DNA of 60,203 nucleotides from an uncultured Clostridia bacterium (GTDB lineage Bacteria; Bacillota; Clostridia; Christensenellales; UBA1242): NCBI GenBank assembly GCA_944348085.1, contig CALVMU010000005.1, positions 1 to 60,203 of the forward strand, read 5' to 3'. Shown piece by piece: positions 60,203 to 60,203 of this stretch (position 1 is its first letter; each line of letters starts with the position of its first letter). The notes under the pieces were generated by a model. It saw only the letters and a program-made list of their open reading frames with translations, ran no database searches and was not told where the DNA came from. The position numbers and the translations under genes were made by a program.

Positions 60203-60203
60203 T

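Overview
A 60.2-kb piece of core chromosome from a low-GC, spore-forming, apparently genome-streamlined Clostridia-like bacterium. Evidence: a complete spoIIIAA-AH operon, spoIVB, ytxC, the thrS T-box and the L20 leader. Genes run mostly on the + strand up to ~16.5 kb and almost all on the - strand from 16.7 to 58.9 kb. They converge on an AT-rich zone (9-15 kb) holding a single Xer-type tyrosine recombinase and a perfect 14-6-14 palindrome that looks like a single-recombinase dif site, so the window probably spans the replication terminus. No prophage, IS, CRISPR array, rRNA or tRNA gene was recognised. Most notable observations: (1) the polC locus encodes only NTD + OB fold + an intact 3'-5' exonuclease with a QxxLF clamp-like motif and no polymerase; (2) a terminus module of Xer, candidate dif, a terminus-clustered GCATAATA-type motif, ARG-box-like sites and a membrane-anchored PadR-type protein; (3) an orphan CD-NTase-fold protein lacking catalytic residues, downstream of a structured RNA-like element; (4) a ~930-aa mTERF-repeat-like orphan where pyrH normally lies; (5) SecD/SecF lacking the canonical proton-transfer residues; (6) two unannotated small proteins and two four-way-junction elements; (7) an exact 74-bp inverted repeat at both window ends. 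All family assignments are by-eye motif recognition; no searches were run.
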